A stretch of 64,000 nt of DNA from the human T2T-CHM13v2.0 reference genome, Homo sapiens, in the NCBI RefSeq assembly GCF_009914755.1, contig NC_060948.1. One strand, given 5' to 3'. Positions within the stretch are counted from its first letter, which is position 1; every line of letters begins with the position of its first letter. This document shows positions 35,236-48,875 of the stretch, one piece after another. Below the pieces are notes generated by a model. That model worked only from the letters and a program-made list of their open reading frames with translations. It did no database searches and was not told the origin of the DNA. The translations under genes and the position numbers were made by a program.

Positions 35236-36080
35236 TGTTTCTTTCTTACTTGGCTTTGGTGTGAATGAGAAAAGAATTTAGTACTAAAATTTTATGTGCA
35301 TACAGAAGCATTATTTGAAGTCAGCCTGTTTTCCCTCAACCTCTAGTACTCTGTAAAGTATACCAAAAGTCAAGGTTTTAAAGAACTGTGTTACATATTA
35401 GAGAGAACAAATCAAAAGTTACCTATCTCCATCGTTACCAGTAGAACATTAGTATGTATTTTGAAGCACCATTTGACTCTTTCTATTTCAGCTACTTGCT
35501 TGTCCCTTGCAAAGTTATTATAGTACTCTTTTAAAACTTTTCTTCAAGGGAAGAGCTATTTTGACTTCCTTTTCTTTGATCTAAACCTAACACCCAGAAT
35601 ATGCTTAGCAGATCATCCCAAAACAATCATAACTTGTTTAAATTGTTCATAGCAAAAGTTACATATTATAAAGAGTTATGAGTGTCTTAGGCAGTGAATA
35701 GTAACTGAATATCCTTTTATAGTTGTCCTTCACTAGCAGGAAGCCTTATTCCCTGCCCTTTTACATATCTTAACTTAGAATGTTACTGTCTAAATAGTGG
35801 TTAGGCAAGAGTAGTTCTTAAACGTGCAGTAATTATCTTGCACTACATTTAAGGGCTAAATAGCTAGTAGTGGTGCTTGATAATTGAAGAAATTTGTACA
35901 GCTGGAGGAAGTACCTGCTAAATTTTCAAAAGTTACCTGAATTTAATAGGTAAATCTGTTTTTAATTAGAGCTATATCATTTTACTCTGAATGTCTTAAC
36001 ATAGAAGTTTACATAAAATTTACAGATTGGATTGATTTCAGCCTTCTTCTGGTACTTTTTAAAATCTTATTAATCATTAG

Positions 36081-36172
36081 GAAAAGAAGTTTTATTATTG
36101 ATGCAAGCCCTAAACACTCTTTCGACTCCAGAGGAGAAGCTGGCAGCTCTCTGTAAGAAATATGCTGATCTT
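36081..36172 (+). CDS. TXLNGY: TXLNGY exon 3 (GKEVLLLMQALNTLSTPEEKLAALCKKYADL)
   Basis: cattag|GA acceptor and CTT|gtgagt donor; 92 nt; continues the exon 2 frame; start of the taxilin coiled coil. Confidence 0.96.
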
Positions 36173-36642
36173 GTGAGTATTTATTTAATGGAGCAAGGAA
36201 CACAGAAAATAAAATCTATGTGTGCTTGATAAGATTTTTAAATATTATTTTGATGTAACTTTAAATGTAAAATGATATTTTATCTCAAAATTGAAAACAA
36301 TCTCCTTTCTTTAGTACTTATGATTGGTGTGTGTGACTTCATCTTATGAAATGATGTATAGAACATAATAATACTTTTTTAAATGTGAAATAAATTTCCT
36401 AAAACTTAATATGCTAGATCAGCAGTTTTTTTTTTTTGTATGCTTAAGATGCCTGACAATTGGGAGGAAGTGGTTTCTGTATTTAAAATTTTCCGAAGGA
36501 ATTCTGCAGATTCAAGCTCTAACCATTCTTGATTAAAATTGTGAGTTAGATAAGATTGTTTAGTAAAATTGTACTATGGCTCAGGAAATATTTATTTAAT
36601 ATCTACTGTATGCCAAGCATTGTTCTTTTTTCCATCTTCCAG

Positions 36643-36985
36643 GGAAATTCACCTCTTCTATAGAAGAGTTTGTTTTGAACTATACGATTTGAAACAAAAT
36701 TCTTTTTTTGGAGACTATGGAAACATTCTCAACAGGGAAACCCTACTAGACTTTGTAAAGCAAATAATGGAAAAGATACAGAACTTTTTGAAGAATCATG
36801 GGAAATTTTTATAATTAAATAAATGCTAAAATTCTGTTTTGTGAAACATTTATGGGAATTATCACTGACAGTTTTTGTACACTTTCAAATAGTGTTAAAG
36901 CAGCAACTCCATGTTGTAAATGCACAAAACAAATATTTAGTTAATAATCAACTCCAAGAATAAAGCTGTAACAATAATAGTTACT
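36643..36985 (+). CDS. TXLNGY: Alternative terminal exon encoding GNSPLL* (stop 36661-63), giving the 131-aa CYorf15A ORF, followed by 3'UTR
   Basis: Polypyrimidine tract with ttccag|GGA AAT TCA CCT CTT CTA TAG; AATAAA at 36818 and 36959. 283+92+18 nt = 131 codons, matching the recalled CYorf15A C-terminus. Confidence 0.85.
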
Positions 36986-37539
36986 ATTCTCTCATGTGGT
37001 CCATATTTACCTCCACTTAGCTGGCATCTTCAAGTGCCACATACTTAGCAGCAGCCTGGCACCTTCTGATATTTTGAGAAGCAGGAATCCCTGAGCATAA
37101 ATGTAAATAGCTTAGAACTGTCCAAAAGCAAAGACAGCAGAAAATAAAATTGTTGCTTGCTATGTTCAGGAAAGGAATGCTTCCATTGGATATGGAAGCC
37201 AGTCTCAATTGTTACATCAGCCTGAGGAAACTCATGCGAGAAATGCCAGAAAAAGAAGACAGCAACAAAGAAGATAAAAGAAAGACTGACAAAAGCATTG
37301 AATTTCTGGTAGAAAAAGCAGTGTACTAGAAGGTTAGGAGATTTCCTAGCTGTCAGCCATGAAAGGGTTGGGGAAGAAAGAGCAATTTGGTTGCATACTG
37401 TAGCATGGTCATCTAGGGTGGTCCTCAAACACATAGAAATCACACAAGAATTGTCAAATTGAAGATTTGGATTTAGTAGATCTGAAAACGCACTTTGTAA
37501 AATTGGCCACAGTAGAGGTGGAAGTGACTGAAATACTGC

Positions 37540-37832
37540 ATTATTTATTTATTTAATTAATTTATTTTAGTCAGAGTCTTGCACTGTCGCTAAGGCTGGT
37601 ATACCATGGTTCAGTCACAGTTCACTACAGTCTTGAACTCCTAGGCTCAAACAATTCTCCTGTATCGGCCTCCTGAGTACCTGGCACTACAGACATGCAC
37701 AAGCATGCATGGCTAATTTTAAAAAAATTTTTGTAGAAATGGAGTCATGAACTCCTGGGCTCAAGTGATCCTCCCACCTCAACTTCCCAGAGTGTTGAGT
37801 GAGATTACAGTTATGAGCCACCATCCCTGGCC
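37540..37832 (-). mobile_element. AluJ-like with a (TTTA)n tail
   Basis: Diverged antisense Alu. Confidence 0.88.
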
Positions 37833-38339
37833 AATAAAGGTGTTTTTAATACCTATAAGAATATTGCCTGCAAGGATGTTTGATAGGTTTCTTGATATTT
37901 CATTCTCTCTTGAAATGTTTGCTTCGTCAATTTTTTATTTTTCATAAAAGCTTTACTCAAGAATTAGGATGACCACTATGTTATCTAGTAGTATAATTTG
38001 GAATCATTTATTATAAATCTGAAACTGACTTGACTGATGAATCTTGAGCACTGCTTATTGTGTTCTAATTTTGGTAGCTGTTTCAATAAAGTAGCTCTTG
38101 TAGAATAGGAAAACTATATCATTTTAGTCTGAAATAAGCTTTTGATTAAAAGGTTACTTTTTCCTATTAATAAAAAATGGAGATTAAGATTGCTTTTCTT
38201 GCTACACAAAATTATTTACATACTTTCCTGTCACTAGAAAAGAGGGGAACATAAAATGTTCCATGGCTGTAATTGCAGTGCTTAGAGCTATAACTCAGAT
38301 TACTATACTTCCTAAATGTAAAGTGGTTATTAATTTTAG

Positions 38340-38519
<180 letters not shown>

Positions 38520-39958
38520 GTTAGTTGGTTTATTTTACTGTATTTCAGGAACTACTTAGGCTGCTTTTATAATCGCCTTGTAACTACTTGAAATAAATTC
38601 TTGCTCTATGTCTTTTAATGGGAATTAGTTGCTATAATGGCTTCTTGTTAACTGGCTCAGGTACACTTGTGCTGGTAGATCAGATTCCTAAGCAGACAAC
38701 TTTGTAGACATCTTAACACAGAGATCCCTTGCTTTTTGTTTTGCTTGAGCTGATGCTGCCTGTGAGGTAACTCTCTAAAGACTCACTCTATGTAAATTTT
38801 GGTTTCAGATTCAAGGATAAGCTCTACCTTAGTCTACTGTATACTTGATCACAGGGAATCTAGATGACATTGGTTTTTATGTTCACAGCTCTCCTGCTTA
38901 AAAAGCTCACAGTTGCCAGATATTTTTGTTGGCTTTTGGTGTAGTTGGTTATCATGTCCTTTTTTGGTAATGAGTGAAAATCTTAGCTGAAATGAAGAAA
39001 CTGGTAGCCATAGTCAGTGTGAGTTTGAGAAAGAAAAACACACTGTAGAGCTCTACTATAAAAGTTAATAGGATAGATTGTTAAACTACATTCTGCCATC
39101 TTTGGCTATTTGGTTGCTAAATACTTTAGAATATTACTTACAGCTAGGCTGATTATAACAGAAGAAGGATTAAGTATGACAGCTTGTCTCAATAATGGAA
39201 GTAAAAAGCAGAGATCCTGGAAAGAATCTGCCATCCATCAGAGGAATTTGTCTGACTTTGTGGTATTGCTAGGGGGTGTATGGTTGGAGTATTATTTTGA
39301 TGGTGCTGGATCACCCTCATCACAGTAAACTCAAGAACATAGGACAGCTTGTGAAATAGGTTCTTACTTGTAAGGTTTGTATTTATTTTTCTTGCTTTTG
39401 AAATCTTGGATTTAAATATAATAAAAGTAGATAGCACTGTCAATATTTAGACTGTACTGATAACTGTTTAGGTAAAGGTCTGTTGACACTTGTATCCTAG
39501 TAAGACTTTGAAAGTAAACTTTGTAAAATAATGATTTAGTTTGTCCCTTCCCTCTTATAAAATTGAAAGTGTAACTCAGAAAGTAGGCTGTAAGATCTTC
39601 AGGCTGATGTAGGATGGTATACTGCCTAACCAGTGAGGATGACTTTTGGGAAAATAATGTGGAAGAAACTAACTGTGGAGCAGCATCTTACTTATATTTA
39701 ATTATAGTATAGTGAATATCTGGATCAGCAGATGATACTTATTTTATAGTAGGGCATTTGCTTTTCTCTAATTATCTACTTAGAAAAAGCTGCTTGCTTT
39801 TAAATGAGAGATTTCTGGTCATAAATAAGGGGGAGGAATTATAGTTTAAAAGCAACACCTCATGGGAGCAATAAATGAACTCACATAGCAGTAGCTTCTT
39901 TTTCGCGAGCTTTATCTGTAGGTCTGTACTTTTAACATACATTATTTTGGATAATAAG

Positions 39959-40153
39959 GAGGAACATATGCAGCAGAAAAAAGAGGAGGAAGAAGTTCTT
40001 AAAGAAGTAACTGCACATTTCCAAATTACTTTAACTGAAACTCAAGCCCAGCTGGAACAGCATGAAATACACAATGCCAAACTGCAGCAGGAGAACATGG
40101 AAATGGGAGAAAAGCTAAAGAAGCTCACTGACCAGTATGCACTGAGGGAAGAG
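39959..40153 (+). CDS. TXLNGY: TXLNGY exon 5 (EEHMQQKKEEEE...QYALREE)
   Basis: aataag|GAG acceptor and GAG|gtaaac donor; 195 nt, open; ATG at 39968. Confidence 0.93.
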
Positions 40154-42574
40154 GTAAACGGCGTTTGGTTTGTTTATAGACAGCTGCTCACCAGTAGCAA
40201 AAGCTACACCCTACCGTAAAGTAAAAACTCTTTCACAGGACAGTATTTTAGAACTTTTGTGTATGCACAGTGGAAATTACATGTTTATTAGGAAAAGAGT
40301 AGAAACCTGTAAACAGAATGACTAAATTGGAGCATCACTTGGCCCAAGTGTCAGTGGAGTAGGATAAGTAAAGGGATTTCTAGGAGATGTGTACCACTTG
40401 TCTCCCATATGATGCTACAAGATTGTCAATATAGCATACAGATATTTTTCTCTTATGCAGTCTAATAATACAGATTTGTTCCCTAAATACTCTGTATCTC
40501 AGATTTCTGTGACAATCTGAACAATATAAATAGGAGAATTGTGCTATTTGTGAGAATAAGGAACCTACTAATTACCCATCACCAAGTCACATTGTTTGTG
40601 TAATCAATGAAGTAAAAAGTTTGTGGAGGACTCAATAGTTGTCGAACCTAGTCATTGGAGTTATTTTATAAATTGATGTGGAAGTTGTATGATGGCTAAA
40701 TAAAAAACAAATAGGTGATAACCTGCTTATTTGTTTTTATTTTTTCTTTACTTTTAGAGGTCTATACATAGGGTAAGATTTCAATTTTCAAAGGATGCAT
40801 CCCCTTCCTTTATTATGCTTTAAGCTAGTAAAATATATATTTAAATCCTTACTTAGTAGATTAAAATTGGAAATAGAAAGTGACAATTTAAAAATTAATA
40901 AAACAGTAAATATTACTTTATGCATATCAAAATGTTATTTTGAGTTACACCTTTTCATGCTACTTTTGAAAACATTTTTCTTTAAGATTTTGAGTATCTT
41001 TTAAACCATTTTCCTCTATGTTTCAAGAACATTTCAAACTTATTATGGAAGCTGCAAACTTATAGTAGAATATATCACTTGGCTTTAGCAATTATTTACT
41101 TTTGTTTCTAGCAACTCTTGTTTCCATCTATTTTTAAGCAAATCCAAGATATTATATCATTTTATTTATTACTATTCAAATATGCATCATGAAATAAGAT
41201 TCTTTTTAAGCCATAATCACTGTACTATTTTTACTCCAAAAGGTTAAACAATTGCTATGTAATCACATACCTTCTCACTGTACTATTTAAATATCTGTTA
41301 CTTCCCTTTTCCTTCAGGTTGTTTACATCAACATCAAAATAAGGTTTATACATTTTATTGTTTTAATATGTCTCAAGTCTTTTTAGTATATAAGCTTCCC
41401 CCCCCTCTTTTTTTTCCTTGGAATGTATTTATTAAAGAAATTTTTTAGGCCTATATAGTGAACTTTTAAAATTAAATTTGTTTTATATTATAAAGCATAT
41501 TATGAATATCATCAGTTTTTTTAAAAGAATCCTTTAAATTCCATTGTTTTAAATAATGGTATTAAAAATGATTAATTTTATTTTATTTTTTATTATTTTA
41601 CTCTTTAGGATTTATATTATTTTAACTGTATTAAACTCTCCAAATTTGCTATAGAAGTAGCAGATTGGGAGAGGACATGTGTTCAAGTTGTACTACTTGT
41701 ATGTCTTGTTTAGATATTACAGTCTTTTTCTTTTATCAGAAAATAATTGAATAATGATAAAATCAGTTGCAGATTAAGACAGATTATCTGTTGCAGTCTT
41801 CTCAAAACTTAATTTAAGTACATTATTTTCAGCTAGCATTTCTTCCTTCACATAGAACCTCCATGTGTGGAGGGATTTCCTAATGAGTCTATTGTATGTA
41901 CAATAGCACTTAATGACATAGCTTTTAAATAATAACAGGATTTTACCAAATGTTTAATATGTGCCAGGCATCAAGCACCTTACACAGTTTAATTATTGCA
42001 TAGATTTGGACAGCAACTCTGCAAGTTAGGTATGGTCATGAACCTTTGCAGATAAGGAAACTGTGTTTCACAAGGAGAAGAAATTGTCCTGGATCATACA
42101 ATAAGCTAGGATTTGCTCCAGACCATTTTTTTCATTTTATCAGGCTACCTACAATTAAGGAATTTCAGAAGATTTTGTGAACAAAAAATGTCCAGGAATT
42201 ATGTGTGTAATAAATGAATTTGATATTTTGATCTCCTTATCCATCTTTTTCTTGATAAAATATCAGCTTTTTTTTTTCCAATGTAGGGCAGAAGCAAGAA
42301 GTACAGATATTTTGATGGGGACAGCCCACGTCTGATAGGGTGGGACATGGGGCAGCAGTTAGAGGGTTGTGCTCTTTCTAGTGTGGGATAGTTTGCAAGA
42401 TGATATGTTGTAGCCACTTCTGCAGTGACGGGGACAGAAGGAGTCAGTGTTCTTAACTACAGTGGTAGCAGCAGAAAAGAAGGGTAAGCAGGGTTCTAGA
42501 AATTTGTGTTATGTTTTCTCCCCACTGTATTTATTTCTTTGGTTAGTGGTGCAAGAAATTCTGTTTTCCTGTAG

Positions 42575-42694
42575 CAAATTAATAAAGCGTTCAAACATAA
42601 GGAATTACGACAACAGCTTGTAGATGCCAGACTTCAACAAACAGCACAGCTGATAAAAGAAGCTGATGAAAGACATCAGAGAGAGAGAGAGTTT
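42575..42694 (+). CDS. TXLNGY: TXLNGY exon 6 (QINKAFKHKELRQQLVDARL...HQREREF)
   Basis: ctgtag|CAA acceptor and TTT|gtaagt donor; 120 nt, open. Confidence 0.95.
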
Positions 42695-42826
42695 GTAAGT
42701 TCTACTTCTTGGAAAAAAAAAAAAGATCGCCAAAATTGTAACCAAAGCCATTTAAAACAAACTCCTCACTTAACATAGTGCCAGGGCATGCAATTTTGTT
42801 TCTTACTCTCTGGATGTGGGATATGC

Positions 42827-42828
<2 letters not shown>

Positions 42829-42860
<32 letters not shown>
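42829..42860. repeat. (TG)n microsatellite
   Basis: Directly visible. Confidence 0.95.
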
Positions 42861-42862
<2 letters not shown>

Positions 42863-44154
42863 TAAGCTTTCTGTTTCTGATGAAATTTTCATATGAAATT
42901 TACTGGAGATAAGATTAAATTAGTGGAAAAACAAGATAATTTTGCTTTCTATGTAGTGGTCACCAAGTTAAAGAATTGTGCCAGTTATTAGGCAAGATAG
43001 GCTTTGAGATTTAGGGACAGTTAAATTTTACACCAACTTAGTGAACATGAGACTTCTACCTAGTGTTACATTTCATTTTTAAATAAGCAATTTAAAAATT
43101 GGTAAATGATTTGTTTACTTTGATTATATTCTGGTATAATTTTCTGACAAAATTATCTGTGTCTTGGTCAGCATTGTTGCTAGAATATGTATTCAGATTT
43201 TGTCTGTCCATAATTGAGAACACAGAAAAAATCTAATTTGACTATACCCATTTACCCCCATGGAAATGAAACTATATTCTATGAATGAAAAATGATTTTA
43301 ATAATGTGGTGTATTACATTTTCTTCATTCAAGTAATGTAGGCCCTGAGTAGAGCATGTTATGAATATTTAGTTCCTTAGTGTTTTCTCATTCAAGCCTC
43401 TCATATTGAATGAGTCTAGGGTTTGGAGAGATGTTTCACACAGCATGTCTCTTCAGTGCAAGCTGACAGATATCAGTGCACAATTAAAGAAACTTAATTG
43501 CACCTTTCAACTTGGAGTATAAATTTTGTATGTATCTATGTATATCTATGTGTGTATTTTGTGGTTTAAGGCTTATTTACATAATATGTGACATTTTACC
43601 TCAGAAATTCAGTGACTGAATTTCACAGCTGCTTCCCATGCATCTTTATTATCTATGTTTCTGAAAAACTCAAATACTAACTAATCTCTTTTCTTCCCTT
43701 AGCTGTTCCTTTCCTGTGGTTTTAAAAAAGTGACCAGAAACTAGGTCTCTATTTTCATTGCTTTGCTGCATATTCTTTTAACCTGCTTTTATCTTTTACA
43801 GAGTTGAGGGGCTTTCTAAATAACCTAGACAATGTCAAGATTCTTAGCTGCGTTTTCTGTCTAAAAGTGTAGATGTCTAGTTATTCCTCATGTAAAACAC
43901 AACATTTCAACCCTGAGTACTATAAACTTTATTATGCTTCTAGGTTACTTTTTCTCTTTAAGCAATTATTCCTACATTCCTAAGTGTTCACCAGTGGAAC
44001 AGATAAGAGATAGAAGTAGTTAGAAATTGAGATAATTGGGTTGACCTGTCATTGTTGCCAGGATAATTACTGGAAGATTAAGCCTATCTGTTAGACATTT
44101 TGACCATGTTTATAATTGTTGTTAGTATTCTGTCAGAATGTATCTGTTTTCTAG

Positions 44155-44229
44155 TTATTAAAAGAAGCAACAGAATCGAGGCACAAATATGAAGAAATGA
44201 AACAAGAAGAAGCACAACTGAAAGAGCAG
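44155..44229 (+). CDS. TXLNGY: TXLNGY exon 7 (LLKEATESRHKYEEMKQEEAQLKEQ); its ATG gives a 181-aa CYorf15B-type ORF
   Basis: ttctag|TTA acceptor and CAG|gtaact donor; 75 nt, open. Confidence 0.95.
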
Positions 44230-44744
44230 GTAACTTAACAACAGAGAATAGCAGAATTTGTGTCTTCTTGTTCCCAGCCACAGACTAGAACAGAGGATTT
44301 GATTCTTGTCCTCTTGGAAACTTTCTCTTCTTTTAGGGTGACCAATTAATTCTGATTTGCCTTGATTTTTTTTTGGCATTTTTATGGCACCATAAAAACC
44401 ATAAATGATTTGTATTCATTTTGGCAACCCTAGTTCCAGGTTGATTGTGATGGCTGGTTGTGATGGCTATTTTGAAAGTTGGCTTTCCTCTGTCCCAGAT
44501 ATTTTCTCTAAAACCTTTATAATTTTGTCTTATGGCTAGCTACATAGAATTTTAAAATATTACAAATGGCCAGACAGTCCTACTTCACCATAAGATTTTG
44601 TGTGTGTGTGTATGCTTTCTAAAAAAATATTGGGCTCTCTCCATTTTTCAGTCTGGACCCCTATAGTGTCCCATTCTAGTCTTTGTGTGCTTTTATTGTT
44701 TGAGATAAAGGAAACAGATGCTGTATGTTCACTTTCTAAGGAAA

Positions 44745-45323
44745 GATATCAGAAATGTTGTGCAGAAAAAACATAGATATGTGTGATTTTCCAGAAAATT
44801 GCAATGGAACATCTGCACTTTGTGTACTTGATGTGAAAGCTCCTGATTTAGGATACTGCAATAATAAGACTAGCTATTGCTTTAAAGGAGTATGTAGAGA
44901 TAGGGATAGACAGTGTGCACAGTTATTTGGAAAATTTTCTAGGTCTGCTAATCTTCTGTGTACAGAAGAAGTGAATTTTCTAAATGACAAATTTGGAAAA
45001 TGTGGTTCCTGTTGTCATTTTTATGATATCATTTATGGAAAGATTGTCTGTCACTGGACACATTCAGAACCAGTATCAATGACAGACTTTGATATACAAT
45101 ATACTTACTTTGGAGGTCACGTATGTTTGTCGGCACATGCAAGAAATGGTTCAAAACATGAGGGACATATACAGAACCTGTGACTACTTGTGGTCAGCAC
45201 AAGGTATGTAGATTCCAAGGATGCAGATATCTTAGTGTAATAAATATAACAAGATTTAACAAATTGCAGAGAGATTGTGGTTTGCAATGAACATTTCCAT
45301 TGTCAGTGTGATCCTGGTTATGA
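44745..45323 (+). pseudogene. Processed-pseudogene fragment of a testis ADAM (cyritestin/ADAM3-like): end of disintegrin, cysteine-rich and EGF-like domains
   Basis: ORF 44755..45183 reads CRKNIDMCDFPENCNGTS..YCFKGVCRDRDRQCAQLFG..GKIVC. After frameshifts it continues TTCGQHKVC..VCNEHFHCQCDPGY. No introns. Confidence 0.9.
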
Positions 45324-45726
45324 AGAAAGGTAACTAAATGTAATGTTCTGCGTGGCTTGCTGCTGTTATTCTCCCACCTAAAATAAAAAGTCTATGATGA
45401 TGGCATTAATAGAAAATTGCTTTTTCGACCTCTTTTAGGTTATCTTTTTCTTAACTGTACTCCCACTAATTTTATCCCCCATCAAACTATTTGGCTTCTG
45501 GTTTATTTTTCTGCATACATAAAGCAAAGAGTTAGCCTTAATATTAAACTAAGAACTAGATACCCTCAACTAAGCTAAATACTCTAAAGGGATGCTCTTT
45601 TTACAAGAAAAGGTTTTCAAATGCAAAGAAGACTTAGTAATACCCAAAGCATTATGGTTATATGAAATTCACAGCTATACCACTGTACTTCAGTTTTTAT
45701 TACAACTGATGGAGTAGAGCTAATAA

Positions 45727-46047
<321 letters not shown>

Positions 46048-46302
46048 TTACCTTTTAACATTTACAGTTAAAGATGATGAAGACAGTGAAGTTTCAGTGC
46101 ATTTCAGTGGGTTATAAACATTTCAGGTATATATTCTGCAGTTCAGGGATTGGGTGTGTGTTTCTGTTGTTTTTCAGTCATGTATCAAACCTAATGTTTA
46201 ATTATATTAAGTTTTTTGAAAGTTATTATGTTATTTTAAAATCTTTTGGGGTTTTAAATTGCTTTTCTGAAACTCTGAATATTTGATCATTTTTTTCTAT
46301 AG

Positions 46303-46395
46303 CTTTTCCTTTATATGGATAAGTTTGAAGAATTCCAGACTACCATGGCAAAAACCAATGAACTTTTTACAGCCTTCAAGCAGGAAACGGAAAAG
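46303..46395 (+). CDS. TXLNGY: TXLNGY exon 8 (LFLYMDKFEEFQTTMAKTNELFTAFKQETEK)
   Basis: ctatag|CTT acceptor and AAG|gtattt donor; 93 nt, open. Confidence 0.95.
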
Positions 46396-46467
46396 GTATT
46401 TACATATTTTTAATAGAATATTATGTAAAAAGTAATTGATACAAGAGGTTATTTTAAGCATAACTGT

Positions 46468-46775
46468 GGCCAGGCGTGGTGGCTCACACCTGTAATCCAA
46501 GCATTTTGGGAGGCCAAGATAGGAAGATTGCTTGACAAGAGGAGTTCAAGACCAGCCTGGGTACCATATTGCTACAAAAGTGGGAAAAAAAAAAAAGTGG
46601 CCATACGGGGTGGTGTGCAGTTGTAGTTCCAGCCACTCTGGAGGCCAAGGTAGAAGGATTGTTTAAGGCCAGGAGGTCGAGGCTACAGTGATCCATGATC
46701 ATGTCACTGTACTTCAGCCAAGGTGACAGAGGGAGACCCTGTCTCTGAAAGAAAAAAACAAACAAACAAAAAAAC
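46468..46775 (+). mobile_element. AluJ-like
   Basis: Two arms, A-rich tail, approximate TSD AA(G/A)CATAA(C/T)TG. Confidence 0.9.
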
Positions 46776-47137
46776 ATAATTGCACTTATATGAGTTTATA
46801 TTAATCTGATAGTATCTTTTTTTTTCTTTCACCAGCTTATTCAGGTATTTTGCCCTAAAATTGCCCCAGAATACTAATTATCATGGTATTCTGAGACTTC
46901 TATTACAATTAAAGAGAATTCTTCCATTAAGGACAGTTTATTTGTAGATGATTTTTGTTTAGTCACCTCTCTTAATTACCCAGTTCTTTCACATAGCCTT
47001 ATGTAAACTAAAAATTTTATATAAAATTATTTTAAAAATCCAAGCCAAGGAAAGTAATAATATATCTTGGTAGGAATAGCTTTATTTCTGAGGACCTAGC
47101 TAAACCTGAAATATATTTACTCTTTGAAATTTAAACT

Positions 47138-47301
47138 ACATATATGTATAGTTTTTATATATATATATATTCACACAATATACAAGATGTATTCTTAATA
47201 CAAAATTTAATTATATATATAAACTATATATATATTATATATAAACTATATATGTATTCACACAATATACAAGATGTATTCTTAATTAATACAAAATTTA
47301 A
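47138..47301. repeat. AT-rich local tandem duplication (period ~87 bp)
   Basis: TATTCACACAATATACAAGATGTATTCTTAAT at 47168 and 47255. Confidence 0.85.
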
Positions 47302-48779
47302 ACCGTTTTTTAAAATTAGATGTAGAAAAATGTTATGGGTTATTCCAATTCAGCATACAGGCTAAAATAGCAATTTTAAAGAGCAGAATTATCTGTCTCC
47401 CCAAATAAACACATAGCACTGCGGTTTGGAGCATAAACTCTGAAACTGAGATCTCTAACTTGCACTTCGTGACTTCCTTAGGGTGAGTCATTTACCTTGG
47501 CATTTCCCTATTTAAGTTAAGATTTCTTTAAAATGTGCTGATTGGAGATAGTACAGTAGCTGTGTCTGGGAAATTCATAAGCATTCAATATATGTTAGTC
47601 TTGATTATTATTAGATCTTTTTTTGCTATAGATGACCATAGAACAAGTTATTTAACTTTTCCATGTCTTTCTTTTCTCATGGTTAAAAATAAAAACAGCA
47701 AAAACATCTAATATACTTAAGTCAATTCTTGGTTGTGTTAAATACTCAAATTACTACCTTCATTACTTTTTAGACTTAGTAATTGGGAGAATTCATTGAG
47801 TAACAAATAAGTTCTTCCTGCCTATCCTTTCAGTTATGACTGCAGTGGAAGCAGAACTGTTAGGCACAGTGAAAGTGTTAGATGGACTGTAGCATATGCT
47901 ACATAGTGGGTGTAAAGGTGACTGTAGTTCAGCACCTAACAGATCTTCCAGACCTCTTCTCCTGCCTTTTGTACGAGTTTGACTTGTGATACAGTTTTGT
48001 TTGTTAACCAAAGCACAGGATATTTGCTTTATCTTACCCTTATTTTCCGTAACATTGCCTGGCTCGTTACCTGTATTTGGAACAAAGCTGATTGAAGGAT
48101 ATACCTAAAGTTTATCCTGAGTGTCTGGGAATTCGGTTCTTGTAGTATAGGTTCTTCCTCCCCTTATTTTTGGACCATTTTGGTCTTTATCAAAATGTGA
48201 AATAAAGCAATCTTGTGAATTGAAAGGATAAGTGAAACTAAGGATTCAGAAATGTTAATACCTCTTTCCTGATTAGTTCCCTAAATTACGCTACCTCTAG
48301 CTCTTACACTGATTTCCTTTCAGATTCTTGAGCTACTTTGGGACTGACAGTATATAAAATAATCTGATGGATTAGTGTAATTTATCATTTCTCCAGAAAA
48401 CTCGGGGACATTTTTTCATATACTTCAGGAGCAGGAGGTCTCAGCTCTACTGTCCACACCTGAGCTGAGCTACACATCAGTCTTAATTGAGAGAATTCAG
48501 CTACCATGTGCTGATTCCCTTGAAATTAAGGACAACAACTTTGTTTTCTTTTAATGTGAAACTTCTGCTTTGGTTACTGCTGCTTTTACCATAGGAGCTT
48601 CTGAGATAAACTTTACTAACAAAAGAAAGATACCACTTACTCTTATAAAGAAAACACAAGTGTCAGCTGGTTGAGAAGAATGCAGTGATGGAGGAAGGGA
48701 AGAACATTGTAAAGTGATTTCTGTGGTGGATCAGGAAGTGAAACTTAGAATTTAAGTTTATGATTATGTTGATTCACAG

Positions 48780-48875
48780 CTGACAAAGAAAATTAAAAAA
48801 CTGGAAAAAGAAATGGTAATATGGTATACCAAATGGGAAAATAATAATACAACACTTCTGCAAATGGCTGAAGAG
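48780..48875 (+). CDS. TXLNGY: TXLNGY exon 9 (LTKKIKKLEKEMVIWYTKWENNNTTLLQMAEE)
   Basis: tcacag|CTG acceptor and GAG|gtaaga donor; 96 nt, open. Confidence 0.95.
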
